62,689 nt of DNA, filler included, from Pirum gemmata (GCA_002812295.1; 15 parts of 15 records of this genome joined end to end with filler, not necessarily neighbours in it), one strand, 5' to 3'; counted from the first letter of the whole stretch, positions 38,294 to 51,999 are shown. Translations and numbers: made by a program. Notes: generated from the letters alone by a model not told the origin.

Positions 38294-40501
38294 CTTTGGT
38301 TCTAAATTAAATAATCAAAATGGTATAATGAGTACAATAATAACGAAAACAGTAACGCTATTTAATTATTATTATTATTACTATTATTATTATTACTATT
38401 GTTACTATGTCATTGTTAATGTTGTATTTNNNNNNNNNNNNNNNNNNNNNNNNNNNNNNNNNNNNNNNNNNNNTTAATTAATTAANNNNNNNNNNNNNNN
38501 NNNNNNNNNNNNNNNNNNNNNNNNNNNNNATTGGCAGGTTATCAATGCCAAGTTCCAAAAAAAAAAAAAAATACAGTAAAAATGTCCTTTTTATTTATTT
38601 ATATATATCATATAAGTTATGCTATCTAGTAAGTGTTAGAGGGTCTATAGGATAACTAGCTAGCAACCTGAGAGAGGAAACACAACTAAAAAAGTACTAA
38701 AAACAACACTAAAAATATTTGAGTGTCATAATGATTTATGAAAGAAAATGTTGATATTTATAGCTGTGCTATCCATTACTGCAGTAGAGATCGGTAGAGA
38801 TGCAGTTTCCGTATTAGAATAATTAGTTAGCGTTGACTAGCCACAGTGGCGATTAGTAAGTATCATATTATTACAGTATCGAGCTAGCTAGATCTGCACT
38901 CTAGAAACAGTCAACAACTATGATGGCTGTGATGACTACTAGCTAGCTATACTACTAGAAACAACATGATAACACTATGCAGATCAAGACTATATGATAG
39001 TCTAGCTAGCATTTAGTCTATATGATTATTATAATTTATAATATTCTCATATTCTCAGTTATAATATTTTTAGCTGAGTTAATTTTTAGGTCAACTACTA
39101 TCAATGGTCTACTAGTAACTAACTCTGAGACGGTTACTACTAGCTAGCTAGCTAGAGCTATAGGGAGCCTCTATCGATTGATAGTATCATGATAGGCAAT
39201 CTATAATAAACTGTATCATAACTTAGAGCTAGCTAGCTAGCTCTAGCTAGCAGCTACTAGCTTTAGTCTCTTCAGTCTACTTACTATGATAGTTAGACTA
39301 AAATATAGAAAAAAAATCCCGGATGAAAACACAGAAAAAAATCCCGGAGGACTTTAAATCAGGGACTTCCATGCAATCTTGCACTCTAGCTACTAGTAGC
39401 TAGCTACGTCATATCATAGTAGTCTATCTGAAATTCTGAATTATTCTCGATAGTCTTGCATGCCTCCGGGAAATGGAAATATGATAACATTATATTTTTC
39501 CGCAGGACCTACTTATATTCAGAATTTTTTGATGGTAGACCCTCAGACCCTGCGAGCTAGACTCTGCGAGCTAGTAGCTACTAGACTAGTGGCTCTACAA
39601 GCTCTACAAGTGCCCCGCTGGCCCCCGCGGTAGGATTTTGTGGTTAGTTCAAAATATTTCATTGGTTCGGGCTAGTTAAAAAAAAAAAAAAAATTCTTTT
39701 TTCAATAAAAGTAATATATCGTAAGGAACTTTTTTTGCCTTAGCTCTTTTTGCTTTTTTTGCTCTCCTAGCTAGGTCCCGGTCGGTCTATACTATCATAG
39801 CCAGTTTAGTAATCTAGCTATGATACTCAGCTACAGTAGACCAGCTAGCTAGCTAGAGCTACAGCTAGACTAGCTGGCTAGTAGTAGCCCCAGTTCTATG
39901 ATAGATTATCCATAATCTATCGATAGCTATATTTCTACAGTTCTACAGTTCTATGATATATAACTAGAGCGTTCAAATACTACGTAACGCCAATTTCCAG
40001 TCAAATACAGCTTCAAATACCCCTACCTACTTTAAGGCTACTTACCCCTCGACGTTAATTTCCAGTCAAATACCACCTACCTACCGACCCCTTGACGTGA
40101 GGTATTATAGCTGGTATTATTTGAGAGCTATCACGATAGCAAGATAGACTACTAGACTACTACTAGCTAGTAGTATCATACAAATGGCTACGCTACAATA
40201 GCTAGCTAGTTTACTACTCTAGACTTTTACTACTCTTTTACTCTAGCTATGATAGCTAACTGGTTTACTCTAGCTAGCTAGCTAGCTAGCTCCTATAGAC
40301 TAGCGGAGTGGAGTCAAGTGACTCAAGTCGAGGAGTCGAGTAGACCTAAAGTAGTCTACCACCAGTAGTCTGCCACCTTAGTCTGCTAAAGATGGATAGA
40401 GCGCTCTAGCTAGACTAGCTAGATAGATAGCAGAGATAACTAGCTAGCTAGCTAGCTCTACTAGGCAGAAATAAAATTAGATTTTTTTTTTTCTTTTTTT
40501 T

Positions 40502-40561
<60 letters not shown>

Positions 40562-41239
40562 TTGCGCAAAGAGATAGAACACTTTCTTCTTTGTGATATA
40601 TTTATTTATAGCCTAGCTACTAGCTAGCCTAGCTAGCCCAACATAGTAATAATAATATTATGTTGTAGTCTAACAATATTATGTCGCACATCCCAACACA
40701 GTCCCAACACCGGGTAGTTTACAGTTTACTAGCTAGCTAAAATTACCTGATTACTGATAGGATAGAATGTCATGAGAACTACCCATGCAAGCCTGCACTG
40801 TAGCCCTGATTCCTGAACTGCAGCCTAAAAGTTGCCTAGTCTAAAGCTTAGTAGCTGTCTATTCTCTAGCTAGAGTCTATTCAAGCATATAATATATTAT
40901 CATAATATGAATTTACTTATTACCTTTATTTATTTATGATAATAAAAATGACTACTAGCTAGTCTACTGGCTGATCGAGGGAAGACTAGGAAGACTAGAC
41001 TAGCTAGTAGCTAGTTCTCTAGCTACTACTAGCTAGTAGAGTAGAGCTAGCTACTAGCTAGCTAGCTATGATAGTACAAAGACCCTGGCTGGCTAGTTAC
41101 AAACTTTATGCAAAGACCCAGGAATAATTTCATGACATCGTATCCGGCTAAAATAATAATAATAAGTAACAAAACAACGTAATTTACGAACTTTCCCTTT
41201 TGCCTCTTTTTTTTTTTTTGTTAGGGTAATTGGGCCACA

Positions 41240-41590
41240 CAGAGTTGTGAGTCCCGAAGAATTTCGGGACGATCGTCCCGATCCGGAGTTTTCGGATCGA
41301 TCCGAAAACCCTTTCGGATGGTTCGGACGGATCCGAAAAAGTCTTCGGATTGATTCGGATAATAAAAATGATGATAATTGTAATAAATGCTATGATATCG
41401 ATATATCATAATATTATACGTACATACATAAACAGTCAATTATGACGTCAAAAGGAGTCAATTATGACGTCATAAAACATCTTAATTTCTGGATTCGAAC
41501 AAAGCAAAAATACGGTATCCGAAGAAAATTTGAAGAAATTCGGACATTTCGGATTTCGGATACGAATATTTTTCGGATTCACAACCACAG
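41240..41590. mobile_element. Non-autonomous hAT-like element with TCGGA/TCCGA subterminal repeats
   Basis: Imperfect TIR CAGAGTTGTGAGTCCCGAA / TTCGGATTCACAACCACAG; clusters of TCGGA/TCCGA at both ends; no clear target-site duplication. Confidence 0.55.
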
Positions 41591-43574
41591 GTTTTGAAAA
41601 TTTTCAGTCTATTTTTAAAATCTTGTCATATACATCATATATGAAATTATGAATCATAATATGATATCTGACTGAATCCTGAATGGGTCTGGTATCTATA
41701 GAAAGGTCTTGTTAAGCCAATTAAATATAACAAATAAAATTTAAAATTGTTTAATAAAGACTTTTTATTGATATAAACAAAATAAACTTGCAAAAGCTCG
41801 AAATTTTGTAGAAATTAGGAGTAAATTAGGTGTCGTCACTGTCAGAAAAAAATCCAGTCAAATTATAATTTTTATTGGCCAAATGATCACATTTTATATA
41901 TGTAAGCTCTGAGTAAGCTCTGGCAGTAAGCTCTGGCATACGGGTGTATTTTTTTATAATGACGTAACACTTGTGTTGATTTATGTTCGAAAATGGAAAA
42001 AAACTCAATCGAACCTCTAAAGAAAATGGGAAAAAAATTCCCATAAAACAGTCATAAAACCTAATTTAGGGGAATAATTAGTAAAATAGTCTGGATAGTT
42101 TAAATTTACATTCCGTGGCTTCAGTTTGGCTTTTGTGGGCTTAAAGTTACAATCTCGCCACAAAATATAATTGCTTCAGAATGAAGAAAATTCTGACCCA
42201 CGCCAGTTTTTTTTTGTTCAAACCCGCCCGGGCTCGTGGGCCCCTGGCCACAGGCGAGTATTGAGCTCGGGCGAGGGGACATGGGCAGGCGGGCGGGTGG
42301 GCGAACATTTTTGTTGGGTCAGAGCTCGCCCATAAGGTTTCTTAGGTGCTATACAAATTATTATTATTATTATTAAAATTATTATTATTATTATTGTTAT
42401 TATNNNNNNNNNNNNNNNNNNNNNNNNNNNNNNNNNNNNNNNNNNNNTTAATTAATTAANNNNNNNNNNNNNNNNNNNNNNNNNNNNNNNNNNNNNNNNN
42501 NNNTGACCCTAACCCTAACCCTAACCTTAACCCTAACCCTAACCCTAGCCCTAACCCTAACCCTAACCCTAACCCTAACCTGGACCCTCCTTTTATAAAA
42601 CACTATTTACAGATATGATTGGAAGAAAACCTGGATGTGTAAGCTAACCTATCAGATGTTAGTCTCAAATGTGATATTTCTTTTTGTAGTACATTTTATT
42701 TTTCCCAAGAAAAAAACACTATTGTCTATGATATGATTGGAAGAAAACCTAATGTGTGTCACCCAGAAACAGCTGCCCAGAAATCAGTTGTTTAATCCGT
42801 TAAATTCTCTCGCCCACTCCTGCCCGCCCATTGCACAGTTTAATAAATAATGATTGGAAGAAAGAAAACCTGAATGTGTAAGCTAACCTCTCAGATGTTA
42901 GGCCCTCAAATGTGATATTTCCTTTTGTAGGTAGGGCATTAATTTTTCCCAAGGAAAAAACACTAAAAACAACAACAAAAACAACAACATTATTTTGATT
43001 ATTGTTATTGATTATTGCATTCAAATAATTTGTTTTTTAATCATCACATTATCAATTGTACATGTTGTACGATCCATACATATTTTCAAATTGTCTTTAA
43101 TTTTTGAACTCGCAAAGCTTACATCATTAATAATATATTATATTGATATAAGACTGAGCAATAAAGTTTAAGCTTTCAGCTGAATGAATATCTTTATCTA
43201 AATGAATACACTCGTCATCCCAGCTTCGATTTTCATTTTTTATTATTACTATTATTATTATTATTATTATTGAGTATTATTGTTATTATTATTATTGATA
43301 TTGTTATTGGTATTGATATTGTTATTGTTATTGATATTGTTATTGATATTGTTATTGTTATTGTTATTGATATTGTTATTGTTATTGTTATTGTTATTGT
43401 TATTGTTATTGTTATTGTTATTGTTATTGTTATTGTTATTGTTATTGTTACAAGGTATGATATAAAAGGTATAAAAGAATAAAAAAAAGTTGAAAAGTCA
43501 TAAGAAATTTTTTAAAAAAGAAAAATCTACATAATAAAATAGATATAAAAACCAAGACCAAAACCAAAACCAAA

Positions 43575-44975
43575 ATGGCTGTACAACATCTCGATAAAAT
43601 GAATTTAAAAGACAAAATGGTTCAAAAGCTCGTCGTGAACCTTCTTAAAAAACATAAGAACGACAAGGAGTTTTTCGACAACTTAATTTGTTGCTGTGGA
43701 TATAAATATTATGAAGCTGGTAAGTTTCAAACTGTTAAGGATATTTGTTTAAAGCTTCGCCAACCAAAAATTATGAATAAGGTAATTGACAATTTGTCCT
43801 TATTGCACGTGAAAGAAATGAGAAAACTCGCAATTGGATTTGGAATACAAGAAAGAGAGAGAGAAAAAAAAAAATTGCACAGATATATAAAATTGGTTTA
43901 CGAAAAAAATTATAAGGTTAAGCAAGACAATGAAAGCGTAGGGGGCAAAAGAAGCAAACGAACAGAGAGAAACATTATTTTGTTCGGGAGGCCCGGTCAA
44001 GGAAAATCGTCAATTATCAATACTATTCAAAAAATTGGTCAAAACAAAAAACTGGAACTGCAAACAACTGGTGATAGTGTAGATGGTGTGACACGAACTA
44101 GTAACTGTGTTACATTGGAATCTAAAGCACCATTTTTACAAGATTTGTTGGGTGATTATAAGTATCAACTATGGGATACTGCTGGGTTAGAAAATTTAGG
44201 AGGCCATGTTGATCTAGATACAAAATCACGGAAAACAAAATTTCTATATGATTTAGAGAGAACTTTTTCAGGGAAAAAAAAAATTGTCCTGGTGCTGGTA
44301 ATGTCCTCTAGTCTAAGATTAGATCCGACAGCATTACTGATTATCGATATTGTGACTAAAATGTTCGTAGACCAAACAATCACTATCAATGTAATTGCCA
44401 ACAAAGTTAACTACAGCACAGCCTTGCATAGTAAACAAATGGATCGTTTCAAGCAAATGATGACAGAAGTGTTGGGCAATTATAATGCACATCTGGGTGA
44501 CGTCGTCTATCTTCCTAACCTACCTAACATCCCTGATGACGATGACATGGATATTGATGATTCCAATGTGCAGGAAAAGTTTTACTTGAATTATGCAACT
44601 AGCGAAAAGCGACAAAAGTTTTGTGAAGAGAAAATTCGTAGTATTTTGCAAATGACTGTTATGAGTGTGAACAAGCTTAGGGCTGAGACTGAATTTAACG
44701 AAATCCTTAAAATTGAAATGACTGCGGAAGATATAGAACTTATTAATAAGCCCCAAGACCAGTTTAACAGAGGCGAGGAGATCACGATGAGTACGCAGCC
44801 TATAAAGAAGAATGGTAGTATATATGATCGGTGTAAGAATGAAAACCGATATAAAAGTAAGACTTCCAAAAAATATCATTGTTCTCATTGTAGGCACTAC
44901 AACCATGTAACGATGAAAGAGGCTGCCAAACCTTCATTTAATAACCAACTTTGTTATTTTTGTCGTTTTGATTAA
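43575..44975 (+). CDS. P-loop GTPase (TRAFAC, AIG1/septin-like) with C-terminal CxxC..CxxC module
   Basis: G1 GRPGQGKS, G2 GVT, G3 DTAG, G4-like NKVN; C-terminal CSHC...CYFC; intronless 466 codons. Confidence 0.82.
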   Translation: MAVQHLDKMNLKDKMVQKLVVNLLKKHKNDKEFFDNLICCCGYKYYEAGKFQTVKDICLKLRQPKIMNKVIDNLSLLHVKEMRKLAIGFGIQEREREKKKLHRYIKLVYEKNYKVKQDNESVGGKRSKRTERNIILFGRPGQGKSSIINTIQKIGQNKKLELQTTGDSVDGVTRTSNCVTLESKAPFLQDLLGDYKYQLWDTAGLENLGGHVDLDTKSRKTKFLYDLERTFSGKKKIVLVLVMSSSLRLDPTALLIIDIVTKMFVDQTITINVIANKVNYSTALHSKQMDRFKQMMTEVLGNYNAHLGDVVYLPNLPNIPDDDDMDIDDSNVQEKFYLNYATSEKRQKFCEEKIRSILQMTVMSVNKLRAETEFNEILKIEMTAEDIELINKPQDQFNRGEEITMSTQPIKKNGSIYDRCKNENRYKSKTSKKYHCSHCRHYNHVTMKEAAKPSFNNQLCYFCRFD

Positions 44976-45324
44976 AAAACGAAACCAAAACAAAACAAAA
45001 CCCTGGAAAGCTTGAGAGTATAGTTTGTATGGGTACGAAAAATTTGTTTTCGGAGTAAAATATACAATAAAATTATACACAAATTATTAATATAATTATA
45101 CACAAAATATTACTATACACAAAAATATAACTATACACACTTTCAGCAAAACACTTGTGTTGCTTCAAATCATATATTTCATTATTCTTCATTTTTATAC
45201 TTGTAATAAATTGTGTCATTTTTTTTCTATTTTTGTTTTAACATGATTTTGTAAAAGAATAATAATAATAATAATAATAATAAGAAAAATAGAAAAAAAG
45301 ATTTTGTTATTAACACAATCATCC

Positions 45325-45370
<46 letters not shown>

Positions 45371-45523
45371 CCTTTTTATATTATTAATCGTCACTATCCT
45401 TATTATTTTTATTATTATTCTATTATTATTATTATATTTTTAAATTATTTTGTAATTATTTGGTTCTTTAATCAATAATCTAAATAATCGATATATATTT
45501 ATTAAATTTATAACAATTATCAC

Positions 45524-45592
<69 letters not shown>

Positions 45593-45649
45593 TATTAATA
45601 GTACAAAAATTAAAATAATTAAAAAGTTTAGATAATGTTGGAAGGTCAT

Positions 45650-46153
45650 GATTATGCGAATACTAAAAAAACAGATTCAAGAAATTTTAATAATCACGAC
45701 AACATCGAGGGGGTATTAATCCTTATAAACTTGGGGTTAGTGCAGTGGGGGCAACAAATATAGCTGCAGTTTCAATATATAAATTGTTGCCAAATTCGTT
45801 TAGCTCTAAAAGTAATAATGCTGACTTTGAAAATATTACCGATAATGGTACAGATAAAAAAGATGATTGCTACAGTTGAGTCAGCTATAGAAGATGCTAA
45901 GTATGGAAAAGTAATAATGCTGACTTTGAAAATATTACCGATAATGGTACAGATAAAAAGATGACTGCTACGGCTGAGGCAGTTGTAGATGATGCTAAGT
46001 ATAGAGATCGGGGGGCTAGACTATGAATATGCTACCTCTACAGTAAACACGATATTAAATGCTGTGGCTCAAAAACACTGGACTGAACAACAATTTGAAG
46101 ATATGGTATTGGGAATTTTAAAAGCAAAATTGGTTCAAAGAAATTTAAGGTGA
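45650..46153 (+). pseudogene. Decayed coding-like fragment with a ~100-bp tandem duplication (about 45807 and 45907)
   Basis: Coding-like composition with broken frames (INPYKLGVSAVGATNIAAV; LDYEYATSTVNTILNAVAQKHWTEQQFEDMVLGILK). Family not recognised. Confidence 0.35.
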
Positions 46154-47768
46154 TCATTAAAGCAATACCAACATTATTATTAGCAAAGGAAACTAGCTCT
46201 CATTTCAAATGATTGTTGATTATCTTTCTTGCTACGAAACTTAAACGTACGTAAGCAAGCTTTTCCTCGCTTTACTCTTCTTTCTTGTTAACTTCCTTTA
46301 GCCAAATGTGCTCTATAAAGTTTATTAATATAGATAAGAATTCATAATTTAAAATAATAATAATNNNNNNNNNNNNNNNNNNNNNNNNNNNNNNNNNNNN
46401 NNNNNNNNTTAATTAATTAANNNNNNNNNNNNNNNNNNNNNNNNNNNNNNNNNNNNNNNNNNNNAAAAAAAAAAAAAAAAAAACAAAAAAAAAAAAAAAA
46501 AAAAAAAAAAGCCTAAAATGCTTGCTTGCACTTTGCGCGCGGCGCTGAGTGCGGTTCGCTTCGTCTACTACCTTTTTTAATTCGAGCTTTGTTGTTTCAT
46601 TATGTTTATATCTTGGAAGACTCTTGGAATTGATATGATAATAAAAATAAAAAAAAAAAAAAACTTGGGGCTAGCAGGGACCCGGGCTCCTAATAAGTCC
46701 CAGCTAGCTAGCTATGACTCGGATACTAGCTAGCTATGAGCTAGCTATGATAGCTATTGGATAGCTATTGGATAGCTATCGATAGCTAGCTAGCTAGCTA
46801 GTAGTCTACGTTTTTAATTTTTTTTTTATCGATAAGTCTACCCTCTAGCTAGCTAGCTAGCTACTAGAGACTCGAAAAAAGTACTTTTTTTTAAAAAAAT
46901 AACTATAAATAGTAACTATACTATGCATAGGATATGCAATACTTACAGTAAATCAAAATTGAGAGGGGCCAATCGCCAAACGCCACAAAAGGGCCGCCAA
47001 AGTACTACGCGTAGCATTGAGACTCTTGAGAGAGTATGAAAGCATTTTATCATATGATAAAAATTTTGTTATACGATAACATGTTACGTCATGTTTTATA
47101 TACCCACCCACTAACTACTAGCTAGCTAGTAGCTAGTAGCTAGCTATGATAGGAGGCACCCAAGTTTGGACCTTTAAAAAAAATTAATGTTATGATAGCG
47201 CTCAGCGGTAGCACTAATAAAAGGTGCAGTCTCTTTTTGGAGCATTTCCAGATATTATCAAAGTATATCGAAATATACTTTATACACCTACAGAGTCATA
47301 TAACTGTCATATAATGTATTATTACAGCCACCCCCCCTAACTCTAACCCCCTAACCCTAACCCTAACCTTAACCCTAACCCTAACCCTAACCCTAACCCT
47401 AACCCTAACCCTAACCCTAACCCAGGTAACCCTAACCCTAACCCTAACCCTAANNNNNNNNNNNNNNNNNNNNNNNNNNNNNNNNNNNNNNNNNNNNNNN
47501 NNNNNNNNNNNNNNNNNNNNNNNNNNNNNNNNNNNNNNNNNNNNNNNNNNNNNNNNNNNNNNNNNNNNNNNNNNNNNNNNNNNNNNNNNNNNNNNNNNNN
47601 NNNNNNNNNNNNNNACCCTAACCCTAACCCTAACCCTAACCCTAACCCTAACCCTAACCCTAACCCTAACCCTAACCCCTCATTTTACGGTCGTCTACGA
47701 TTGTTGACTTGCTAGTTGCTATGATATAAACTACTTTTTTTTTAAAAAAAAGCTCATGCGGAGTCATG

Positions 47769-47976
47769 CTGGATAAAATTGCAAAATCATGAGACATAGG
47801 TCTACTACCAGCTATGAACTGAAAATCTGGCGAAATCTTTTAAAAAATCCTCCAATTTCTATTAAAATTTCATAATTTGAGTATAATTTGGCTAGTTTTA
47901 ATTTCTAAAACTTTTCTAAAGCACTAAAGTTTTTAGAAAAGTAAAAAATAAATTTCTACAGTTTTATCCGACAGTG
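47769..47976. mobile_element. TIR element family E (~200 bp); second copy at about 1790-1981
   Basis: Ends CCGGATAAAACTG...CAGTTTTATCCG; shared AAAATCTG.CGAAATCTTTTAAAATCCTCCAATTT and ATAATTTGGCTAGTTTTAA. Confidence 0.65.
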
Positions 47977-48525
47977 GTGTTAAAAAAAAATTATATTATT
48001 ATAAATAATATATCAACTTTATTATATTTATTAATTAATTATCTTTGATAATAATAAATAAATAAATAATATATCATAATTATTATGATAATATTATGAT
48101 AATAAATAAATAAATAAATAAAATAATAGACTACAATTTGCACTCTGTTACAGTAATAATTTTTATAATTAGTTTATTTATATACTTTATTTACCATAAT
48201 AATATTATCGATAACATAATTATAAATATAATAATAATAAGTTTCGAACATAGTGGTAGTAGTAACAAAAGGTACCAACTACTCCTACAACCATCCCACT
48301 TACGACTTTGAATACTATTATTATTATTATTATTAATACTACTACTGTTATTACTACCATTACTATTACTAATATTATTACTGCTACTAATGTTATTTAA
48401 TAATATTATTATTCTAGATAATATATATTATTAATATGTCCGTGTGTGTGTTATACTATGCTTCCATTGGTACTAGTATTAGTGCTGCTCCTACTTATAC
48501 TGCTACTACTATGCACAATAGGGTA

Positions 48526-48568
<43 letters not shown>

Positions 48569-49321
48569 TATTGATTAATTAATTAATATCCTGGTCTACT
48601 ACTACTTCTACTAGCAGTATTATTAGTTAGGTTGTATTGTTTTTGTGGGATGTTGATTATTAGAGTATCATTTATTTATAATAATATTATTATGATATCG
48701 ATAATAATAATAATTTTTTAAATTTTATGTATTATATTATATATTATATATAAACGTTCAGAATTGACGCCGACTCTCGGACAAGAAATCTTCTTTCTAA
48801 TAAAGAAAGGTCTAGCTAGCTACTAGCTATCTGATATGATAGTAGCTACTCTATAGAAGGTCGTAGACTGTATGACATAGACTACTGACATAGACTAACC
48901 GACTCTAACCGGTAAAGTGCCCATCTAGCTAGGTAAAGTGCTATCATACTATGATATCATAATATTATGATAGCTAGAGCTAGCTAGCTAGTAGTAGTAG
49001 GGTAGCTATGATATCATAATATCATATTGATATCATGATATCATATTATGAACTATATTATGAATTTATGATACTATCCTATCATAGATTTTTCTCGATT
49101 TCTCTCTACTAGTAGCTACTGTAGCTAGCTAGCTACGATAGTAGTATCAGATAGTCTAGCTAGAGATCTGGATACTTCTGAGTAGACTCTGAGAGTCTGT
49201 GATAGCTCTGATAGTCTATTACTCTGGTCTATTACTACTCTCTAGTAGTCTATGCATTGCTGGTATGATATTATACTATATCGTCGTATCGATAAGCTAA
49301 CTTGTCCCAACTATCATAGCT

Positions 49322-50266
49322 GATGAACATAATGAACGAAACAAAAAAAAAATCGATCAGGTGGACTTGGAAAATGTGCAAGTTGGCCATGGAAGTGTTA
49401 GTAATACATGATATTGACTACATGGTTACCTGTTGAGGCAGATACAATGTTAGTTTATTTAGAGTCTAAAAAAAATGAAGGAGTGATGATTATGACCATT
49501 TAATGAGGAATGTACGTGTAATGTAAAATCTGGACACCGATTCGAATGTGTAGCGTTTACGCCGATTGATAGACGTACATGTACAATTTTACTTCGAAAA
49601 AAGCTTGCATTCAGAACAAGCTTTTCTTTTGTTTTGTTTACTTCGTGGTCAGGATTATACTCATTTCTTGCAAGTTGGAGAAACAAGATCTAGAAAACTT
49701 GCGTCAGTCGCGTTGACTGGAAAAGAGGAAATCGTATACGTAAATGTACTAATAGAGCAATGTGAAGAAGTACCCCAAAGTATACCCTGTGATAGTATAC
49801 TCTTTTAAATGGAAGTACTAACACGCGTACGCTTTTATAGAAACCATTTAAAAGTAGATATTGGTTTTATGAATACAAGCTTAATTAAGGTTACCTCAGA
49901 TTTTGAAGACTTATGAGTACGCTATTATTAATGTACGAAACTATAAGAAATGGGCTTGTATTTTCTGAAAACCCATTGTCTTGCGAAATGATGAATGGTT
50001 TAGATATATCCGACCTCAGTGAAGCAAAACTGAATGAATACTATGAGAAAGCTATTGGTTTCCCTATTGATGAACACAAGATACGTGCGTACAGAATTGT
50101 GAATATAAATGTAAACACAGACCAACAATATTCAACACCAGCATCTCTAATCAAAAAGTTGAATATGAAAGCAAGAGCTGTACCTAAAGAATATTTGGGT
50201 ATACCCTTTTTACTTATATATATGGAAATAGAAAAATGGCCAAAGAAACTGTGGTCGGCTAAATAG
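49322..50266 (+). pseudogene. XPG/EXO1/FEN1-family nuclease relic (XPG-I and H3TH motifs), frameshifted
   Basis: Successive frames give IDYMV / PVEADTMLVYL / SDDYDHLM / FCLLRGQDY..LQVGETRSRKLA. These match the order of the family motifs APxEADAQxAYL, S/TEDSD and CILxGxDY..GxGxxxAxKL. Several frameshifts and stops. Confidence 0.7.
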
Positions 50267-50395
50267 TATTATCCGAATTACGTTGAGTATTAATTNNNNN
50301 NNNNNNNNNNNNNNNNNNNNNNNNNNNNNNNNNNNNNNNTTAATTAATTAANNNNNNNNNNNNNNNNNNNNNNNNNNNNNNNNNNNNNNNNNNNN

Positions 50396-50426
<31 letters not shown>

Positions 50427-50587
50427 TTAAATAAATAAATAAATAAATAAATATGCTATATAAAAGAAACGGAGTAAAACATTCCAAGGGTAAAACATTT
50501 CATAATAATAATAAAGAACAAAAAAAAACAAAGAACAAAATACCAAAAACAGCTATTTCGTAATATTAATAAATACACAATGCCATA

Positions 50588-51999
50588 ATGTTTTACTCTA
50601 TCTATACTTATAGCTACACTCTTTTATTTATTGTCTCTTTAACACCACTGTTAACTAAAGCTGATCAATGTCCACAACCAGTTCAACCCTACCAACAATG
50701 TGGCGGGATTACTACTTGTTGTGTAGTTGGTAATAATTGTATTAAACAGAATGATTATTGGTCAATGTGCATTCCTAACCCAAACTATATTAATACTCAT
50801 AATACTGTAAAACCTTATGGACAATGTGGGGGGGAATTAATAATCAACCATATACAGGAAAAACTGAGTGTTCTCTTATGTTTGCACTGAAGTTAATCCA
50901 GTTTGGTGGGGATGTATGAGATCATCATCACCATCACCATCACCATCACCAGCATCAGCATCACCATCACCATCACCATCACCATCACCATCACCATCAC
51001 CATCACCATCACCATCACCATCACCATCACCATCACCAGCATCAACATCACCANNNNNNNNNNNNNNNNNNNNNNNNNNNNNNNNNNNNCATCACCATCA
51101 CCATCACCATCACCATCACCATTACCATCACCATCATCATCACAATCACCATCACCATCACCGTCACCATCACCATCACCATCACCATCACCATCACCAT
51201 CACCATCACCATCACCTGCTTGTTCTAACATCCCTCTTGCACAATTTGGAGGAAGTAATTGGGATGGTGACACATGTTGTCCAATAGGATTCTCCTGTCA
51301 GGTCAGTAATTCATTTTGGAGTGATTGTCAAAGGGATGCAAGCACAATTCCTGCACCACCATCTGGTTACCAACGCGGGAACACAACAAGGTATTGGGAT
51401 TGCTCAAAACCTAGTTCCTCCTGGAAAGTACATGCTAAAAATACTGATCGATCAGTTGAGTTTTGACATTTAGATGGAGTAACACCTCATCAAGGTACAC
51501 AGGAGTTTTTCGAAACAATCGAAAGTTCCAGTGATGGAGGTCAAGGAGTAGTTTGTAATAATATTCAGCCTTGGATTAGTCCTGATGATCCTAACTTAAG
51601 TTACGGCTTTGTCCCTAACTTTCGTGATAGTTGTAAATGCTTTGAACTACTTTTTGCATCTGGTTTAGTGAGAGGGAAAAGAATGATTGTGCAAATTACA
51701 AACACTGGCGATTTAATTGGTACTGATCATTTTGATATTATGATGCCTGGTGGTGGCATTGGATTAATGAGAGGGAAAAGAATGATTGTGCAAATTACAA
51801 ACACTGGCGCATTTGGTAATAATCGAGGTGGTTTGACAGCTGTGCATGAATGCCAAAACTTACCAGCTGCTTTAAGGTCAGGTTGTGAATGGAGATTTGG
51901 ATGGTTTCAAAATGCTAATAATCCTGATATTGATTTTAAAAAGAGGTTTCGTGTCCAAGTCAGTTGACTGCAATTCCTAAATGTAATGTTGTCAATTAA
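50588..51999 (+). pseudogene. Secreted multi-CBM1 GH45 endoglucanase, disrupted
   Basis: Signal peptide, three CBM1-like units (QCGG, QCGG, QFGG), (SP)n linker, catalytic TTRYWDC and HFDIMMPGGG, GCEWRFGWF. Frameshift near 50840, in-frame TGA at 51464-51466, internal ~40-bp duplication (about 51670 and 51770), frameshift before the CPSQLTA end. Confidence 0.85.

Noticed and set aside
42504..42581. True chromosome end
   Set aside because: The array sits at a scaffold edge, but identical arrays are interstitial throughout the window and commonly break assemblies; cannot be decided from this sequence.
51464..51466. TGA in GH45 as selenocysteine or an alternative genetic code
   Set aside because: The same gene has frameshifts and lost cysteines, the intact genes show no in-frame TGA, and TGA ends the 13498-17260 ORF; pseudogenisation is simpler.
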